Shown here piece after piece: positions 62,628 to 64,000 of a DNA stretch of 64,000 bases. The notes under the pieces are model-generated. The model saw only the letters and a program-made list of their open reading frames with translations, was not told where the DNA came from and searched no databases. The stretch covers positions 46,252,001 through 46,316,000 of the forward strand of contig NC_091992.1 in the NCBI RefSeq assembly GCF_044704955.1, read 5' to 3'. The DNA is from Pristiophorus japonicus. Taxonomy: Eukaryota. The number at the start of each line of letters is the position of its first letter. Position 1 is the first letter of the stretch. A program made the translations under genes and the position numbers.

Positions 62628-63778
62628 CATTCCTCCTCGCGTTCCGCCCAGTGCCAGTTTCAATCTGATCTGGAGTGGGCGGGAAGGGAGAGTCGCCGGG
62701 AACCGCCCGCTGATGTCAGATTGGTGCGGGCAGGAGTCGGTGCCAGAACATGGGTGGACCGCCGCGACGAGGCTGGTCTGTCCCCAACAGTCGGTCTGAA
62801 GAGCTGAAAAAAAGGTGAGTAAACATTTTTTTATTTTTTTTCTTTACAGGGACTTACCTGGATGGGGTCCCCTTTAGGTGTTCCGATGGTATTTTTTTGA
62901 TGCTTTTTCTTTGCAGGTCTTCGACCCTCCGTGGGCCCGACTCCATCCTCGGCGGCCCTTTGGGCGGCACTTGGGTGGGCGAGGACCTTCATCAAATTCA
63001 GGCTCCTGGTGCCCTGCTGAGGAAAATCTAGGCTTGGGCCTCCAAAAGTGGGATAGTCCTTTATTCCCCATCAATAAACACTCCTCGCCCGGAAAATCCC
63101 ACAAAATAACAGAAAAGTCCGAGGCCTGCTCATTTCAGGAACAGCTCTGCCCACCAGCCGCGCTTGCAATTGATAACCAGGTGTGCGTTGCTTGTAGTCA
63201 AACAGTACACACTGTGGAGGCATAGGCTGGCCATACTTGAAACACCTTGAGATCTGATTCGATGGGAATTGAAATTCTTACCAAGTCTTCATCCGTAGGA
63301 AAGCACGTAGTGCTTCTCCCCAGCAGGGTAATGGAATCTGACACTGTAAATTGGTACCGAAAATATATTTAGCAATTGAGAAAAAGATTTTTATGCTGTG
63401 GCCTCTTTCAATCCTTTTGAAACCTGCACCTCCCGCCAGGCAGGCATGGGGTCCAAGTACAATCAGAGAATATCGAACCCGTGCTCTTGTGTTTTAACAA
63501 GATTTATGGAGTGCAAAAACAATCATCTCTTTAACTCACTGCCTGCTGTTTACAGCTGATTGCAAGGCAATTTCTCTAATACCAACTCTGACTGAAATTT
63601 GCTGGCCTATTTTTCAGGATGTGTTCTGGTTCATCCAGCCCATTTTTAGCATCCTGAATTTGCTCTATACTCAGTCAGCTCATGCCAGTAGGGGCAACTG
63701 TGGATTCTACAACTGGTTTCAGTAGACCCAGGCAATGGAAAGGAAAAATCAACCGGATTCCTGTTCCTTATCCACATC

Positions 63779-64000
63779 CCTCACTCCCACTGACCTCTGG
63801 CCTCACTCCCACCAACCTCACTCCCACTGACCTCATTCCCACCGACCTCACTCTCACCGACCTCACTCCCACCAACCTCACTCCCACCGACCTCATTCCC
63901 ACTGACCTCACTCCCACTGACCTCACTCCCACTGACCTCACGTCCACCGACTTCACTCCCACCGACCTCACTCCCACTGACCTCACTCCCACTGACCTCT
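63779..64000. repeat. 15-bp minisatellite (CCTCACTCCCACTGA), runs off the window end
   Basis: About 14 copies, seen as VGVRS repeats in ORF 63768-63992. Confidence 0.95.

Overview
Vertebrate nuclear DNA, most likely from a cartilaginous fish (shark-type CR1, L2, RTE and Deu-domain SINE repeats), made up largely of decayed, nested transposable elements. It contains six Mag-like Ty3/Gypsy LTR retrotransposons. Three are complete, with paired LTRs, PBS, PPT and 5-bp TSDs: 14266-18841 (+), 21014-25307 (-) and 51825-56147 (-). It also holds many CR1 LINE pieces (one nearly complete ORF2 and one with an ORF1 esterase), an RTE LINE, L2 3' ends, SacSINE1-like SINEs, two PIF/Harbinger transposase relics plus a Myb/SANT partner relic, several Harbinger-type MITEs, a pogo/Tigger-like MITE, five minisatellites and a 214-N assembly gap. 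All element ORFs are broken by stops or frameshifts. No host gene is identifiable; only weak + strand exon candidates were seen. I found no clearly new multi-gene system. The most notable details are a perfect 72-bp inverted duplication over a candidate exon, TG...TA LTR termini, a lineage-wide FQDD RT motif, a conserved RRSxRxRxxPxRL integrase tail, and recurring CTCF-like and EBF-like motifs in the LTRs. All counts were made by eye and no database search was run.
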